From a virus, in IMG/VR virus record IMGVR_UViG_3300028416_000485: DNA of 64,000 bases; one strand, 5' to 3'. Both the position numbers and the translations under genes were made by a program. The notes under the pieces were generated by a model. It was not told where the DNA came from, searched no databases, and worked only from the letters and a program-made list of their open reading frames with translations. This document shows positions 12,801-21,451 of the stretch, piece by piece (position 1 is the first letter of the stretch; every line of letters begins with the position of its first letter).

Positions 12801-15800
12801 TTAGATGCTAGTTGCCAGTTTTCAACTGTTTCGGTTGTTTTGTTAAAATATTCAAACTTAAATCCAATGTCTTTTAAATATTTTTGATATCCTAATAAAA
12901 AGTTAACTACTTGCTGTTCATCGTTTAATATTGTTCCGTAGTCAAGTGTTGATATTTCATTTGTAAAAGACTTTCTAAAATAGGCGCCGCGGCCACCGTT
13001 TTCAGGTAAGCTCGGTAGCGGTGTATATAAACTTAAATCAAAGTCAGTTGTTGTAGTATGATTTGCATTTACTCTATAATATCTATCGTTATATTCTACA
13101 AGTTTACCGGCAACTAAAAACTTATTTTCAGTCCACGTTATATATGCTTCACTTATACCGCCGACATTTACAAAAGGATCATTTGCACTTTCTCTTGGTA
13201 TATTATATTTAAAATACGGAGTATCTTTATCATATCCATTTATACGATATCCACTTTGTGTTCTTTCAATAATCACACCACTATAAGTTGCTACTATTTG
13301 GGGACTAGAAGTTCTCAAAACAATGTTATAGTTTTCATCCGGAACAAATATGTTTCCTTTATTCAACGGAGTTTTACTATCTAATACTAGTTTTAGTTTG
13401 TTCTTTTCGGCAAACCCAGCAAGTTTAAATCCTATTTTATTATCTAAAAGTTTTAGATTATTAGTGTATGTGGTATACGGATACAAAGAATCTGCATTAA
13501 TATATTCACTAATATAGTTTAAAAATCCTGCACTTACAGCATTTTCTATTTTAGGAAATATTAAATCCGTTGTGTTTATTCTTTTGTTTGTAGCAGTATA
13601 GATTAAGTTTCCAGCAATGTCACGCTGTGTTCTACTTCTGTCAAATCCAACACCCATTGTATGTGCAGGTCTAACGATCAATGCAGCAATCATCAAGCTG
13701 AACGGATAACCACTGCTTCTTCTCCACGCTGTTTCAGTTGGTGCTTCGTCGCCAAACTCAAATAGATTTTGACTTTGTGGTGCATAACTGAAGTTGCTTA
13801 CGTATCCGCTTTCTAAAGGTGATATTAGTTGGCCATTTTCATTGACTGGAATATGCTTTAGTAAGTTATGTCTAATATATTTTTTATTTCTTAGTATTGT
13901 TTTACCAGGTTCTCTAATCACGCCGTTTTGCAGGTCGGTCCAAAGTATTAAGTTATTGCTTGTGTAAGGGGCTGGGCCATAAACGTTTTCCCACCATGCT
14001 GGTTGTATTCCGTATCCTAACATTTCCCAAGGATGTGTATGCGGGCGATCAGTATCAAATGCCTGTCTATAAATGCCGCGCCAAAATCCTGGTACTGCTT
14101 CATTGCGGTCATTTGTACTTCCTGTATAGTTATAAGTAAAACTATCTCCTTGTACTATAAAGTTATTTTTAGTATAATCAGAAATCTTTGCAACATCAGT
14201 CCAGTCAATAAAATCTTTGATAATAATATTATTAATTTCTTGTGATGATATTTTTGTATTTCTATCTGCGCCACCTACAATATCATTTATGTCAAATATA
14301 TCTGGATTATAATCAACTTTTAGATTATTAAAAATACGCTTTTCCATTTCTAAAATCAAATCGTCTCTATAATCGTTATAAGCAAGTGTAATGCTGCCGT
14401 CATGGCCTCTAATAACAGTTTGCGGAGTTTGATAGCTAGAGTCAACAAATAGTTCAGGAACATATGCCGGGAACATTCCTATTTTTGTAGGCGTTGGTGG
14501 AATAAAACTACCTTCAGTATTATCATATTCGTGTATAGTTAATATATCGCCATCAGTTAGTGTTGCTGAAATATCTACAAATCCAGTTCCTGTAAATGTA
14601 TAATCTTTGTTAAACACAAGTTGTTGATCATTTAGATATATGTACAAGGCTTTATTACTAATGGCAGATTTATCAAATACTGTTGATAGTGAATAAACTG
14701 TTAATCTACTATCGAGTATTTCGTATTCAATCTTTTTACTGCCGCCTGTAGCTGCCATATCTGTACTATAAAAAGGAGTACTAGTAGTCTTTGTATTATT
14801 GATTTCATTAAAGATAAAATCAACATATTCTTTTACTGTTCCGTTAAATGAAGTTTCGGTTGCTGTCTGTACAAACTGTCTTTTAAACTTAGTATATTCA
14901 TTTAGTGCATATCTAATAGCTGCAACAACATTTGAACTTTTATTAACTAGATGATAAAGTGACAAGTTTAACGGGCCACTGTGCTGAACAAACTTTCGGC
15001 CATATTCGGCAACTGGTCCTAAATCTCGTAGATTGTTTATGCCAGGTTGAATACCTGCAAATGTTGCAACTTCTGAAACTAGTCCTTCAACATGATCATT
15101 TACTTCTCCTAATGTAAAATCTGTAATATTTTTATTAGACGGATTTCTTTCAAAGTTGTGTGGAATCTCATAATATCCATTATTGTTTTTGTCTGCTGAG
15201 CTTTTAGTTTTAATAACAACAATATCAGTAAATCCAATATCGTCAGGAAGTATAACCTTAGTTGTTTTATTTTCGTTGACTGTTTGATAATCAGATTTAT
15301 AACTATTATTGACATATACTTTTATTTCTAAGTCTGTTAGGTCTGCACTATTGTTATAGACATTAATCGGAAATCTATTTGTGTATTCTTCGCCAGTGTA
15401 TTTTTGTATAACATATTGACTACTTTTTATGTTTGCTTTTTTCCAAGCATTAGTGTATGATATAACTTGATTATTATATTCTTGTAAGAAGAAAACATCA
15501 CTACTTATAGTTTTAAAAATACTATTGACTTTATACTTGTAATCTTCTGCAAGTAAAGAAAAATCAAAAACAATATCGCCGATATTTACAAAGTTTTTGT
15601 ATGTAAGCGGAAATCCAAGTTCTGTATCGTTAGCACCTTCTCCTACTCTATAAGTAAAAAGTCTATTACCAGCAAAATCTGTACTATCATAAACTGTATT
15701 ATCTCCTAGGCTATTTCCACTACTGTCAAACAAATCAAACTTTGGTGCTTGATTTAATCCTGTTTTATCTTGAGCCGGTTGCCATCCTGTTGCATTATAC

Positions 15801-17485
15801 CAATACATTTTTCCAGCATTTTTAACTCCGTCTTTGACTAGTACAGTTTGATCTAGAATAGGATCAGTATCGTCTGTTTCAACTAAACTTATTTGAGTAG
15901 TATTAGTATGAGTAATAAACTTAACTTTAAATATTTTATCTTTTACTAAACTGTCAGTATCTGCTGTAAACAGTATACGCATTCCTTCAACTAAATCTAT
16001 TCCATCAATGTTATATCCTACAGAACCTTCTATTGTACTGAATACATCTTTTGTAAATGTATCAACTAAATCAACATTAAGTTTAGCTTCATTACCGTGA
16101 TTCCACAAACGTAAATTTGGTTCAAACTCGATGATAGGACGTTTAGCTCTTGCTGTTTGATCTAACTCAATTGCCTGATTGTTAATATTTGCACTTTTTT
16201 CAATAACCGATTTGTGGAACCAACGATTGTATCTGGCCCATGCATTTCTACTAGTGTCTCTTCTGTTTATACAAATATAATCTTTAGTTCCTGCGTAACT
16301 TCTAGCATTACTCCAAGGAACACGGTCAAATCCGTTTACATCAAAAGGTATTTGTGTATCCTGTGTAAATATAGCCGGAACTTCAAGGTCGCTAACTGGA
16401 ACTAGTTTAATAGATTTGCCTACACCTTCGACATAGTATAGACCTTGTGCATATGTTGCTGGCGTTACATTGCCTTGAAAATATACTTTCATACCATTTG
16501 ACATATTCCAACCATCAATAGTTGTGTATGTTTTCTTGCCTACTATTTCGTCGCCTACATTTATGTCGCTGTTTTCTTCTATGTCAAAAACATTAAATGC
16601 ACCACTGTTGTCAATGTCGTTTTGACTAACATAATACAGATTTTCAGGAGCGTCACCCGGTACTGTAAATTCAATGACGCCATTTTCAATAAATCCATCT
16701 TCTAAGTAATCTTGTGGATTTACTAATGTGTCGTCTACGTTTTCATGTGTTAGTACAATACCTTCTCGATACAACGTGCTAACTAATGTACTATCAGGTG
16801 AATACTCAACTTTTTTCTGTCTGCTTGTTGCAAAACTAATAGGGTGTCCAGGAACATTAACTTCAAATCTGTATGTTTGTCCTCTAAACAATCTTATGCT
16901 TTTATTACGTGTTACTCCATCAGGAGAAAATACATAAGCTGTATTATCATCATCAACTACAGTTTCAATAGTAAAAGTGCTGACTACTTCTCTGCCTTGT
17001 CCTCTTATAGGAACTTCTTGTGGACCATTTGGTAACCAATAGTATTCTCTAAAGTTAGTAAACTTATCAAAATCAATATGTGGGTTCCAAGCATAAAACT
17101 CTTGGGCAAAAAGTTTATCTTGGTTTTTAATAGAACCACCAAAGGCACTTATTTGTCCTAATATATCAACATAGTCGGCATCAAACTCTACATTTCCAAG
17201 ATTGTCCTGCACAATAGCAAAAGGTTCTAACTGATAGTTTTCTCTATTAGAATTGATGTCACTAATATAACTATCTTTAGTAGTAACTGCTTTGGCAACT
17301 CTACTTCCAACAAACCCATTAATCTTTTCAACAACACCTGGATTAGTTAACTGATCAACTGTACTACCTAAAAACTTTTTATTTGGATTAGTTCTAAAAT
17401 ATCTCGGAAGTAATGAAGCAGAAGTTCTTTTTGAGTCCGAACTTCCTGGTACAGGGTATTCGTTTTGATCGTCATTGTATGCCAT
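3863..17485 (-). CDS. Giant (4540 aa) baseplate wedge-associated protein (gp7-like position) with FG-GAP-type beta-propeller blades and CBM-like repeats
   Basis: Directly follows the gp6-like gene. Blades FGSAVSVS..LAVGTP, FGTSVEIT..LYVGAP, FGTTLSLN..IAIGA. Repeats of the type W...Y..G..V.Y....Y.A. Confidence 0.65.
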   Translation of the reverse strand: MAYNDDQNEYPVPGSSDSKRTSASLLPRYFRTNPNKKFLGSTVDQLTNPGVVEKINGFVGSRVAKAVTTKDSYISDINSNRENYQLEPFAIVQDNLGNVEFDADYVDILGQISAFGGSIKNQDKLFAQEFYAWNPHIDFDKFTNFREYYWLPNGPQEVPIRGQGREVVSTFTIETVVDDDNTAYVFSPDGVTRNKSIRLFRGQTYRFEVNVPGHPISFATSRQKKVEYSPDSTLVSTLYREGIVLTHENVDDTLVNPQDYLEDGFIENGVIEFTVPGDAPENLYYVSQNDIDNSGAFNVFDIEENSDINVGDEIVGKKTYTTIDGWNMSNGMKVYFQGNVTPATYAQGLYYVEGVGKSIKLVPVSDLEVPAIFTQDTQIPFDVNGFDRVPWSNARSYAGTKDYICINRRDTSRNAWARYNRWFHKSVIEKSANINNQAIELDQTARAKRPIIEFEPNLRLWNHGNEAKLNVDLVDTFTKDVFSTIEGSVGYNIDGIDLVEGMRILFTADTDSLVKDKIFKVKFITHTNTTQISLVETDDTDPILDQTVLVKDGVKNAGKMYWYNATGWQPAQDKTGLNQAPKFDLFDSSGNSLGDNTVYDSTDFAGNRLFTYRVGEGANDTELGFPLTYKNFVNIGDIVFDFSLLAEDYKYKVNSIFKTISSDVFFLQEYNNQVISYTNAWKKANIKSSQYVIQKYTGEEYTNRFPINVYNNSADLTDLEIKVYVNNSYKSDYQTVNENKTTKVILPDDIGFTDIVVIKTKSSADKNNNGYYEIPHNFERNPSNKNITDFTLGEVNDHVEGLVSEVATFAGIQPGINNLRDLGPVAEYGRKFVQHSGPLNLSLYHLVNKSSNVVAAIRYALNEYTKFKRQFVQTATETSFNGTVKEYVDFIFNEINNTKTTSTPFYSTDMAATGGSKKIEYEILDSRLTVYSLSTVFDKSAISNKALYIYLNDQQLVFNKDYTFTGTGFVDISATLTDGDILTIHEYDNTEGSFIPPTPTKIGMFPAYVPELFVDSSYQTPQTVIRGHDGSITLAYNDYRDDLILEMEKRIFNNLKVDYNPDIFDINDIVGGADRNTKISSQEINNIIIKDFIDWTDVAKISDYTKNNFIVQGDSFTYNYTGSTNDRNEAVPGFWRGIYRQAFDTDRPHTHPWEMLGYGIQPAWWENVYGPAPYTSNNLILWTDLQNGVIREPGKTILRNKKYIRHNLLKHIPVNENGQLISPLESGYVSNFSYAPQSQNLFEFGDEAPTETAWRRSSGYPFSLMIAALIVRPAHTMGVGFDRSRTQRDIAGNLIYTATNKRINTTDLIFPKIENAVSAGFLNYISEYINADSLYPYTTYTNNLKLLDNKIGFKLAGFAEKNKLKLVLDSKTPLNKGNIFVPDENYNIVLRTSSPQIVATYSGVIIERTQSGYRINGYDKDTPYFKYNIPRESANDPFVNVGGISEAYITWTENKFLVAGKLVEYNDRYYRVNANHTTTTDFDLSLYTPLPSLPENGGRGAYFRKSFTNEISTLDYGTILNDEQQVVNFLLGYQKYLKDIGFKFEYFNKTTETVENWQLASKEFLFWITQNWANTSTITLSPLANQIEFEKEFYVVDNVHNNLYGFAVLNENGNVVSKNRSSIYRDNSNKFSLTSNEEGIYLIKLPLIQKEHLVLIDNTTVFNDTIYVPETGYRQERLKVVGYRTDEWNGSLNIPGFIYDDAKVTEWTSYKDYKTAELVKYKEFYYAARFTHSGTQEFVNGNWSRLDSKPTSELKPNWDYRANQFADFYDLDTDNFDSEQQRLAQHLIGYQKREYLANIIQDDVSQYKFYQGFIQDKGTSNAITKLFDKLGSANTDSVELYEEWAIRVGRYGATTSYDEVEFKLDESQFRIEPQLIEFVETVDSIRTDLVYQYPRKDVYLSPDDYAHTSLPLTTNSTEYTKTAGYVKLDQVNFLTTTKNDMLVLDIDSVDIGSYIWVPKDAQSWNVYKHIVSPISIESIEKTTLGFKANFSKPITFVEGDIVGFNNINNEVNGFWIVQNIGYTDIEIQLDNPITEDFIDLADSTLGIVSELSSRRVSTPADINNITKLYDLDDDDRVWVDNTGNGTFGVYDSSIIRSFKQSITAPEIDNREFGSAVSVSNNNTTLAVGTPDKDDGKVYVYTRGSEASEFKLKQTLEPLSNHHDGGAFGTSVEITDNGQYLYVGAPTAANVKTRYRGIFTEGESYLAGDYVSQRGAIWRALVNVTAESSTINLLSQDWEISELIVTDTSGTSLGYANQGVVYIYKRLIDQSFDLVDIILSPDPTENEQFGIAIKSASPSDFQHNTVIRSLRDNGRVYFVNNKGQDAVTSYAYSRDTNYKGEWESIAKYIPNNIVYYEGELRQANTTVLAGNPFDNSQWDVLDTYVDYLGYVPDSSEETAPALNDSSDFLNALGIGTTYDISKNGEVLALGGIQNGGEYRIAIYRKTNGRFVFDENINPATENEAFGTTLSLNDDGSKIAIGAQLSNINGIYNGAVYVYKLTNEAYVQDQILLAPNGEKTERFGTNVSFNSNKLAVTSRNGDTAAYVTFDQELTEFDNKATNIFDKIKDNGQVYVYETLNNKLVYAEKLYSQVDISDSSNILSVLNRNHLYVISIGTTVDDKTGLIQDHRTDLNATAWNINSQGDSYVDIDKIKGVWLYDTNTNDLITYLDYIDPIAGRIAGPAEQELSYKTYYDPAVYNVGTRDTGVSDLWGKQQVGKLWWNLDAIKWYNPYQGSIQYKSNTWNQIIPGFSVDVYEWVESDLLPSEWDQIADTTEGLASSISGTSLYSDDSYVRARVYDSVANVFAPKYYFWVKNKNTLPTTYGRKISSFDVANLIADPAGQGYRHVTLLDGKKFALHNIKNLVKDKDTILHVDYYVQDNAENRNIHSEYALVVEGLASSKPNNDIVDKWVDSLAGYDRNGRVLPDLNISVAQRYGILNNPNQTIFVNRQEALKQVVERVNGVLSQYTIVDDFDISPLFQTETPPSKFSNEWDTQIDSESLLRFVGTAKIKQATLTPIIVDGTITGATITQSGRGYVDSNYTTGKRHGPTVTVEGQGSGAELKTYINNLGQVIEVEVVDGGKNYLNDTTLIVRPFSVLVTTDSEVGGLWAVYNWMSSTQEWFRNYIQSYDVNKYWRYVDWYSTGYNEVTSIDFVIDGSYALEALDDKLGNTVKIENIGSGGWILLEKIDNQVEVDYTINYKVVGRQNGTIEFSNTLYQNDAVGFDNIIYDISLYDSEPTDEIKIILYALRDNLFVDQLEVEWNKLFFSSIRYAMSEQVDLDWIFKSSFVVAKHNVGELTQKVTYQNDNLPNYQDYIEEVKPYSTKIREYISSYGRTEPTQTSVTDFDLPPRYDAERGQIISETIKFFNNGITGINDTTTTYPQKHWLDNVGFEITEFVVYTGGSGYTDTANVTVSGGGGPTLEGLAYIGGGSIQYIEVNTTGAKYFTTPTVTINGSLTEDGVDAVVYAQIGNSVIRSTHMLMKFDRVVGAYYFTTLDETETFVGNGGLTDFSLKWPLSTNSADISITVAGEPQLLSDFVSSNVIDTTKTFDRFRGKITFANAPANNAQIVINYKKSSSLLTAEDRINFFYKPTTNMPGKELSQLMDGVDYGGVQMDSIGFGENTGFDANGFGIDFDTFDTNYEDEIITLDGSTQIITLSSVLDSGVTYNVYLNNVRIDDPAYDGVSVTANPNAKMVSPQGDNITNTIFLDSDVIETKDGDIVIIRKSTSDGSFTPESTAFDVSLQGGNFEYTTATGIDSGDIVVDGDGFVTETNSKGPEEQVPGQVLDTVDIQVYNRSSDGQGVISVRNYITDGTTIEWEFDSFPQSNTTLIVKVDSDIIDNNDLNVDYENKVISLNDSTALDAGKNLSILSIGTNGVDLLDSDNIVSTGDTFIYDLPITWKTGLSSFVTINGVLQNDTTDYGLTESDNNTAQLEFPIKITAGKIIGYTIYDGNVNQYSQMVIDNTFATDGQNKVHRFTNDVALPIINKPLAHNILVKRGDGRFLNAGYRKKYTIDSNRSYDIDRWQFEDTTAVRNTDVILYINGSIVNVLDYYYDTANGRVELLNNNVGLIGDTLEIFIIRDAEYYFINTTVEIQNGTAVNDPVVGQDISFELADDSTTVIACVEKFSRSGSTLLIELQGYIRELFQLKSIDDTPEIVASWENDSTKAVIGDITLIETDILSLTEAPADWETIDIYVFSNHDINGFERNTYDIVWNTNQAPAGTQFYIDKNLLSRGFIKLEKPALSANFVWVFKNGILLSPQNDYSLDASGTGVQLYSKVTSNDKVEVLQFTGLTSNPKFGYRIFKDMLNRFHFKRLNKDNEYELQQPLNYYDSNIQLVDSTGIQEPNKALGVPGVVWIDKERIEYFSVDGNLLRQIRRGTLGTGIKEQYSTATKVQGQGIEENIPYKDETSKTMFVGDASTKEFILDFVPTSINEIDVFLAGARLRKDNIITFDKTVDQDSPEADVTIDPEYTIENISTESGTVTVLTLADYIDPPADGTFIEVVRRTGRIWNDTGKTLADSENQIARFITDKTISLPR

Positions 17486-20400
17486 TAGTAATCATTTCCT
17501 TCAGTAATGGTAGTTGTCGAAGTTGTTGCACTTTGAACACCTGTATTTAAAACTTCGTTACTTGTAATAACATTTGCAGTTGCTTTAAGTCTTGATGCAG
17601 TAATACTATCAATAACTTCAATATCACTAACACTTGCACTACTAATCAATATTTCGTCATTTTCGCTTTTTAGTTCATACATACTACCAAACGACTGTGT
17701 TTCGCTTTTTGGTACTAGAACAATACTACTTATATCGGGCGCAACTTGCTTCATAATATATGCTGCTAGTTCACTAAAATAAAACGTTTCTCCAAAGTCC
17801 CAGTTTTCTAAAGCAAAAAATTCATTAATACTATCTACAACTCTTGATTTTATATCATTATCGTTTACAACACGATTTGTATTTTTTACTATTTTAAATG
17901 TTGCTTGCACATCGGTATCGCTTTCTGAACCAAATAAAGATTTATATTTTACAGGATGATATATTACTTCATCACTGATTGATTTAATCTTTTTAATATC
18001 TTTACCAAAATCTAAAAACAACGAGTCGCTGCTAGGTGGTAAAGGTTTTGTTGTAATATCGCCCCTAAGATATCTTCTATATTCAACATCATATGATTTT
18101 GTTAAAATATATAAGTCAACAATATTACTACTACTTGGATCAATACGTCGATTTTCAGCAGCAGCATGTTTGTAATCAAATCTAATATTGTCTCTACCTT
18201 TATATGCTTTGTAATCAATGCATAGTTCTAATCCTGTTTGTAATGAATTAAACTTTTTAAATACATTAGTGCTACTAATATAAAATATTGTTTTTGCATC
18301 ATAAGAACTATATGCGCCAATTGCTGCTTCAGTTTGTTTTACTACAATATATTCAGCTGCGGCGTTAACGTATTCGTAAGTTTCTACATCATTTTTTTCA
18401 AACTTTTTAGAAAATATATATTTTGTATCTGGCAAGTAATTAGGTGCAACAATATTTGTAAATAAATCTGGATCGTCGATCACGCCATCTGCATCACTGT
18501 CGGTAAATCCTACTTCTAGTTTTTTACTATCTATATACCCATCAACACTACGATACTCTTTAACAACTTGCCATTTCCAGTCTTGATTAAACGGCGTTAG
18601 TATATCAGGTTTATTATTATTACTTAAAACGCTAATACTATCAGTAATAATTTTACCAACTTTACTATCATATATACGATCATTGCCGTCAAAGTAAAAA
18701 CGTATTTGTTTATCACTTTCAAATACATATCTTACAGCACGACTAGTTACTGTGTATTTTTCTCCGTCTGTTTCAAACAAGAAAAGCCAACTAGCATCTT
18801 GATTTGTGCCTGTAGCATCTCCAGTTTTTCCTGTATCAAACTCACTAGTTGTATCAAGATTACTGTTTGTAATAACCTTCCAGTTAGTTGTTTCAACATC
18901 ATATCGTAGTCCAAATGTTTTGAATGCAAATACTTGATCAACCATTTGTGATAATGTATCATTTACAATGATATTATTTAATACCGGAATGATTTCTGAA
19001 AGTTTGCTAGTCGAAGGCACTTCGTCGTTGAGTATAATAGGACCTAATGTACTATTGATATCACCTATTGTTCCGTTTTCATATACACTTATAATTTTAG
19101 TCCATATATATTCTTTGTCACCTAGTGTAGATACTTCGCCCAACACTAGATTGTTATCTTTATCATAATGATATCCAGTTGGAGGCGTAAACTTAACTAA
19201 ACTTCCAGCAGCAGCAAACTTCATTGTTGTAGCTGTAAAACTCGATACTGCAACTGGTACAGAAAACTGATCTTGAAATATTCCACTACTTTGATTTGTT
19301 TCGTTTGTTGTAGCATTCCATGTATAGTTTAAATCAGCAATACTTGCATTTCTACTAAAGTTTTTGTAATAAAAGTTTTTAGTTTGTGTGTTTTTTATTA
19401 TTTCTAAAACTTGATTATTAATAACTGCCTCAATATCTGTTTTTGAAACAAAGTTAAAAGTAAATTTATTTTTTAAATCTTCTGTAAAAATACTTCCGTC
19501 ATCTCCAAACATTAATGTGTTGCTGTATTTGCCAGTTGCATCACGCAAATCATAGTATCTACTAATACCGCTACTTGTTCTATTAATACTTTTTGTTTTA
19601 ATAATCTGCTGACTTACTCCTAGAGGACCAATATTGTAATCTTCGCCTGTAATCAAACGATTTTGTGTGTAATATGTACTAGGTGCATTTGTTTGAATGC
19701 TTTCATTCGATTCTGATTCGTCAGCATTTGAAACAACTGATTGTAATTCTAGCACAATATTAAGTGTTTCTGCTGAGTTATTTTTACTAATATAAGGAAC
19801 TTGTATTTGTATTCCTGTCATATCAGCTGGATTTATATTAAACTGTTCATTTGCTGATGTTCTATAATAAACTTTAAAATCACCCTTTGGTAATGTTCCA
19901 AAAGTTCCGTCACTAAACACAAGACTTATTCGATCGCTTACACGACTTAGAACACTATACAAGTCACGAACACCTTTAGTAACACTGTTATACACAATAT
20001 TATTACCTTCTGTGTTTTCAACTTTTTGCCATAGTGATTCTTCATTTCCGTTGCTGTCTAACTTGTAAAGCCAAACATCACTGTTGTTGATGTTATCGCT
20101 GTCAATATTTACAGTTGTATTTGGAACAGGATTCATTACAGAAAATGTATTTTCTTGTAAACTACCTTGTCTAAAGTGCATAAAAAATCCACTGTTCGAA
20201 CTTCCTGCACCTTGTCCGTTATCTCTATATAAAAATCCTAGTTTATTTCCAGGAAATGGTTCTTCTTCGTATATTGTTGTATTATCTGTATTAATACCAG
20301 TACTAACAATTTCAAACTTGCGAGATGCATCGTCTATATTTTTTGTAAAACTGTATATAGGCAATCCTGTATTACTTGCGCTGAATCGATATTGTTCAGT

Positions 20401-20949
20401 TGCTACACCATTTACAATGGCTTTTTTAATAGGACGGCCAAATGTAGAGTTTGCTGGCAACGAAGCATTCATAATCTTAATAAACTGTTCATACCAATCA
20501 GAGTTAGTAGGATCGTTCCATATAATAGTTTGATTAGATAGATTGTTGTTGTTGGCATCAATAACATCTTCGGTGGTACTAACACTTTCTATTTTTAGTA
20601 ACCCGTTTGCTGGAATATTTCTATTTGCATTATAACTAATAAGTCTTGCTAAACGGAGAATACTCTCTCTACGATCAGCAGTTTCAATAAAATTTTCTCT
20701 AGCATTTAAGTCTGTACGGAAAGCAAGGTTTTGGCCTAAAAATGCAATAAGGTCGATAAGTGCAAGATACTCACTGGACTCTATGTAGTCGTTAAAGTCT
20801 TCAGGATAGTTTTCACGAATATATGTAATCATAGTTCTGCGAAGATTATCAAAGTCGTAACTTTGGAAATCTGCGTATCTAAAACTTTGATATATTGTTT
20901 TCCAGTCTTCTGCTAGTAGAAGTCTATTTTGCCTATCGGTCGTTGACAT
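17485..20949 (-). CDS. gp6: Baseplate wedge subunit, T4 gp6-like
   Basis: N-terminal DFQSYDFDNLR..MI.Y..ENYP..FND..ESS...LID..A, ENFIETA.RRESI..LA..I.Y, and internal ES.ESIQ.NAP..Y.TQNRLITGEDY, all typical of gp6/baseplate J family. Follows the gp25-like gene. Confidence 0.8.
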   Translation of the reverse strand: MSTTDRQNRLLLAEDWKTIYQSFRYADFQSYDFDNLRRTMITYIRENYPEDFNDYIESSEYLALIDLIAFLGQNLAFRTDLNARENFIETADRRESILRLARLISYNANRNIPANGLLKIESVSTTEDVIDANNNNLSNQTIIWNDPTNSDWYEQFIKIMNASLPANSTFGRPIKKAIVNGVATEQYRFSASNTGLPIYSFTKNIDDASRKFEIVSTGINTDNTTIYEEEPFPGNKLGFLYRDNGQGAGSSNSGFFMHFRQGSLQENTFSVMNPVPNTTVNIDSDNINNSDVWLYKLDSNGNEESLWQKVENTEGNNIVYNSVTKGVRDLYSVLSRVSDRISLVFSDGTFGTLPKGDFKVYYRTSANEQFNINPADMTGIQIQVPYISKNNSAETLNIVLELQSVVSNADESESNESIQTNAPSTYYTQNRLITGEDYNIGPLGVSQQIIKTKSINRTSSGISRYYDLRDATGKYSNTLMFGDDGSIFTEDLKNKFTFNFVSKTDIEAVINNQVLEIIKNTQTKNFYYKNFSRNASIADLNYTWNATTNETNQSSGIFQDQFSVPVAVSSFTATTMKFAAAGSLVKFTPPTGYHYDKDNNLVLGEVSTLGDKEYIWTKIISVYENGTIGDINSTLGPIILNDEVPSTSKLSEIIPVLNNIIVNDTLSQMVDQVFAFKTFGLRYDVETTNWKVITNSNLDTTSEFDTGKTGDATGTNQDASWLFLFETDGEKYTVTSRAVRYVFESDKQIRFYFDGNDRIYDSKVGKIITDSISVLSNNNKPDILTPFNQDWKWQVVKEYRSVDGYIDSKKLEVGFTDSDADGVIDDPDLFTNIVAPNYLPDTKYIFSKKFEKNDVETYEYVNAAAEYIVVKQTEAAIGAYSSYDAKTIFYISSTNVFKKFNSLQTGLELCIDYKAYKGRDNIRFDYKHAAAENRRIDPSSSNIVDLYILTKSYDVEYRRYLRGDITTKPLPPSSDSLFLDFGKDIKKIKSISDEVIYHPVKYKSLFGSESDTDVQATFKIVKNTNRVVNDNDIKSRVVDSINEFFALENWDFGETFYFSELAAYIMKQVAPDISSIVLVPKSETQSFGSMYELKSENDEILISSASVSDIEVIDSITASRLKATANVITSNEVLNTGVQSATTSTTTITEGNDY

Positions 20950-20972
20950 TCGCTGTTCCTCACTTTATAGTA

Positions 20973-20980
20973 TATTTACC
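20973..20980 (-). promoter_or_regulatory. Late promoter candidate (GGTAAATA)
   Basis: TAAATA core ~25 nt upstream of the gp6-like start; GAGGA SD lies between. Confidence 0.5.
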
Positions 20981-21001
20981 TGAAGTAAAAAACTGCGTAC
21001 T

Positions 21002-21439
21002 TTAAATTAATCCGTTGTCTTGATCAAACTTTATACGCATACTTTCGCTGATGCTATAAGGAATATAAGTTAGAGAACAATCAATCTGTATGCCACTTTC
21101 GTAACTATCAACGATTACACTGTCAACATTAACTCGTGGGTCAAAGTTGACTATCTCTGTTACGTCTTCAATGATAAGCTGTTTTAGGTCATCAGTAAAT
21201 GGTTCAAATAATATATCCCATATGATAGTTCCAAACTCTGGATTTTCAAGTTTTTCGCCTTGACGAATGTGAAAATGATTTATAATATCTTGTTTAATTA
21301 TACTAATATCGTATAAGTTAAATCCTTTAGGATTAGCTACTGTGCTAACTCCTCTGTATTGTTTAGAAACTACAGGAGGGTTATCAATGTCATTTGATAC
21401 TGTTACATTTTTGTATAAAGGTTTTTCATTTGTGGCCAT
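21002..21439 (-). CDS. gp25: Baseplate wedge/sheath initiator, gp25-like
   Basis: IKQDIINHFHIRQGEKLENPEFGTIIWDILFEP...DPRV is the GPW/gp25 family pattern. Confidence 0.85.
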   Translation of the reverse strand: MATNEKPLYKNVTVSNDIDNPPVVSKQYRGVSTVANPKGFNLYDISIIKQDIINHFHIRQGEKLENPEFGTIIWDILFEPFTDDLKQLIIEDVTEIVNFDPRVNVDSVIVDSYESGIQIDCSLTYIPYSISESMRIKFDQDNGLI

Positions 21440-21443
21440 AACG

Positions 21444-21451
21444 TATTTATC
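21444..21451 (-). promoter_or_regulatory. Late promoter (GATAAATA) 4 nt before the gp25 ATG, overlapping the upstream stop
   Basis: Minus strand reads GGA-TAA-ATA-CGTT-ATG. Confidence 0.6.
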
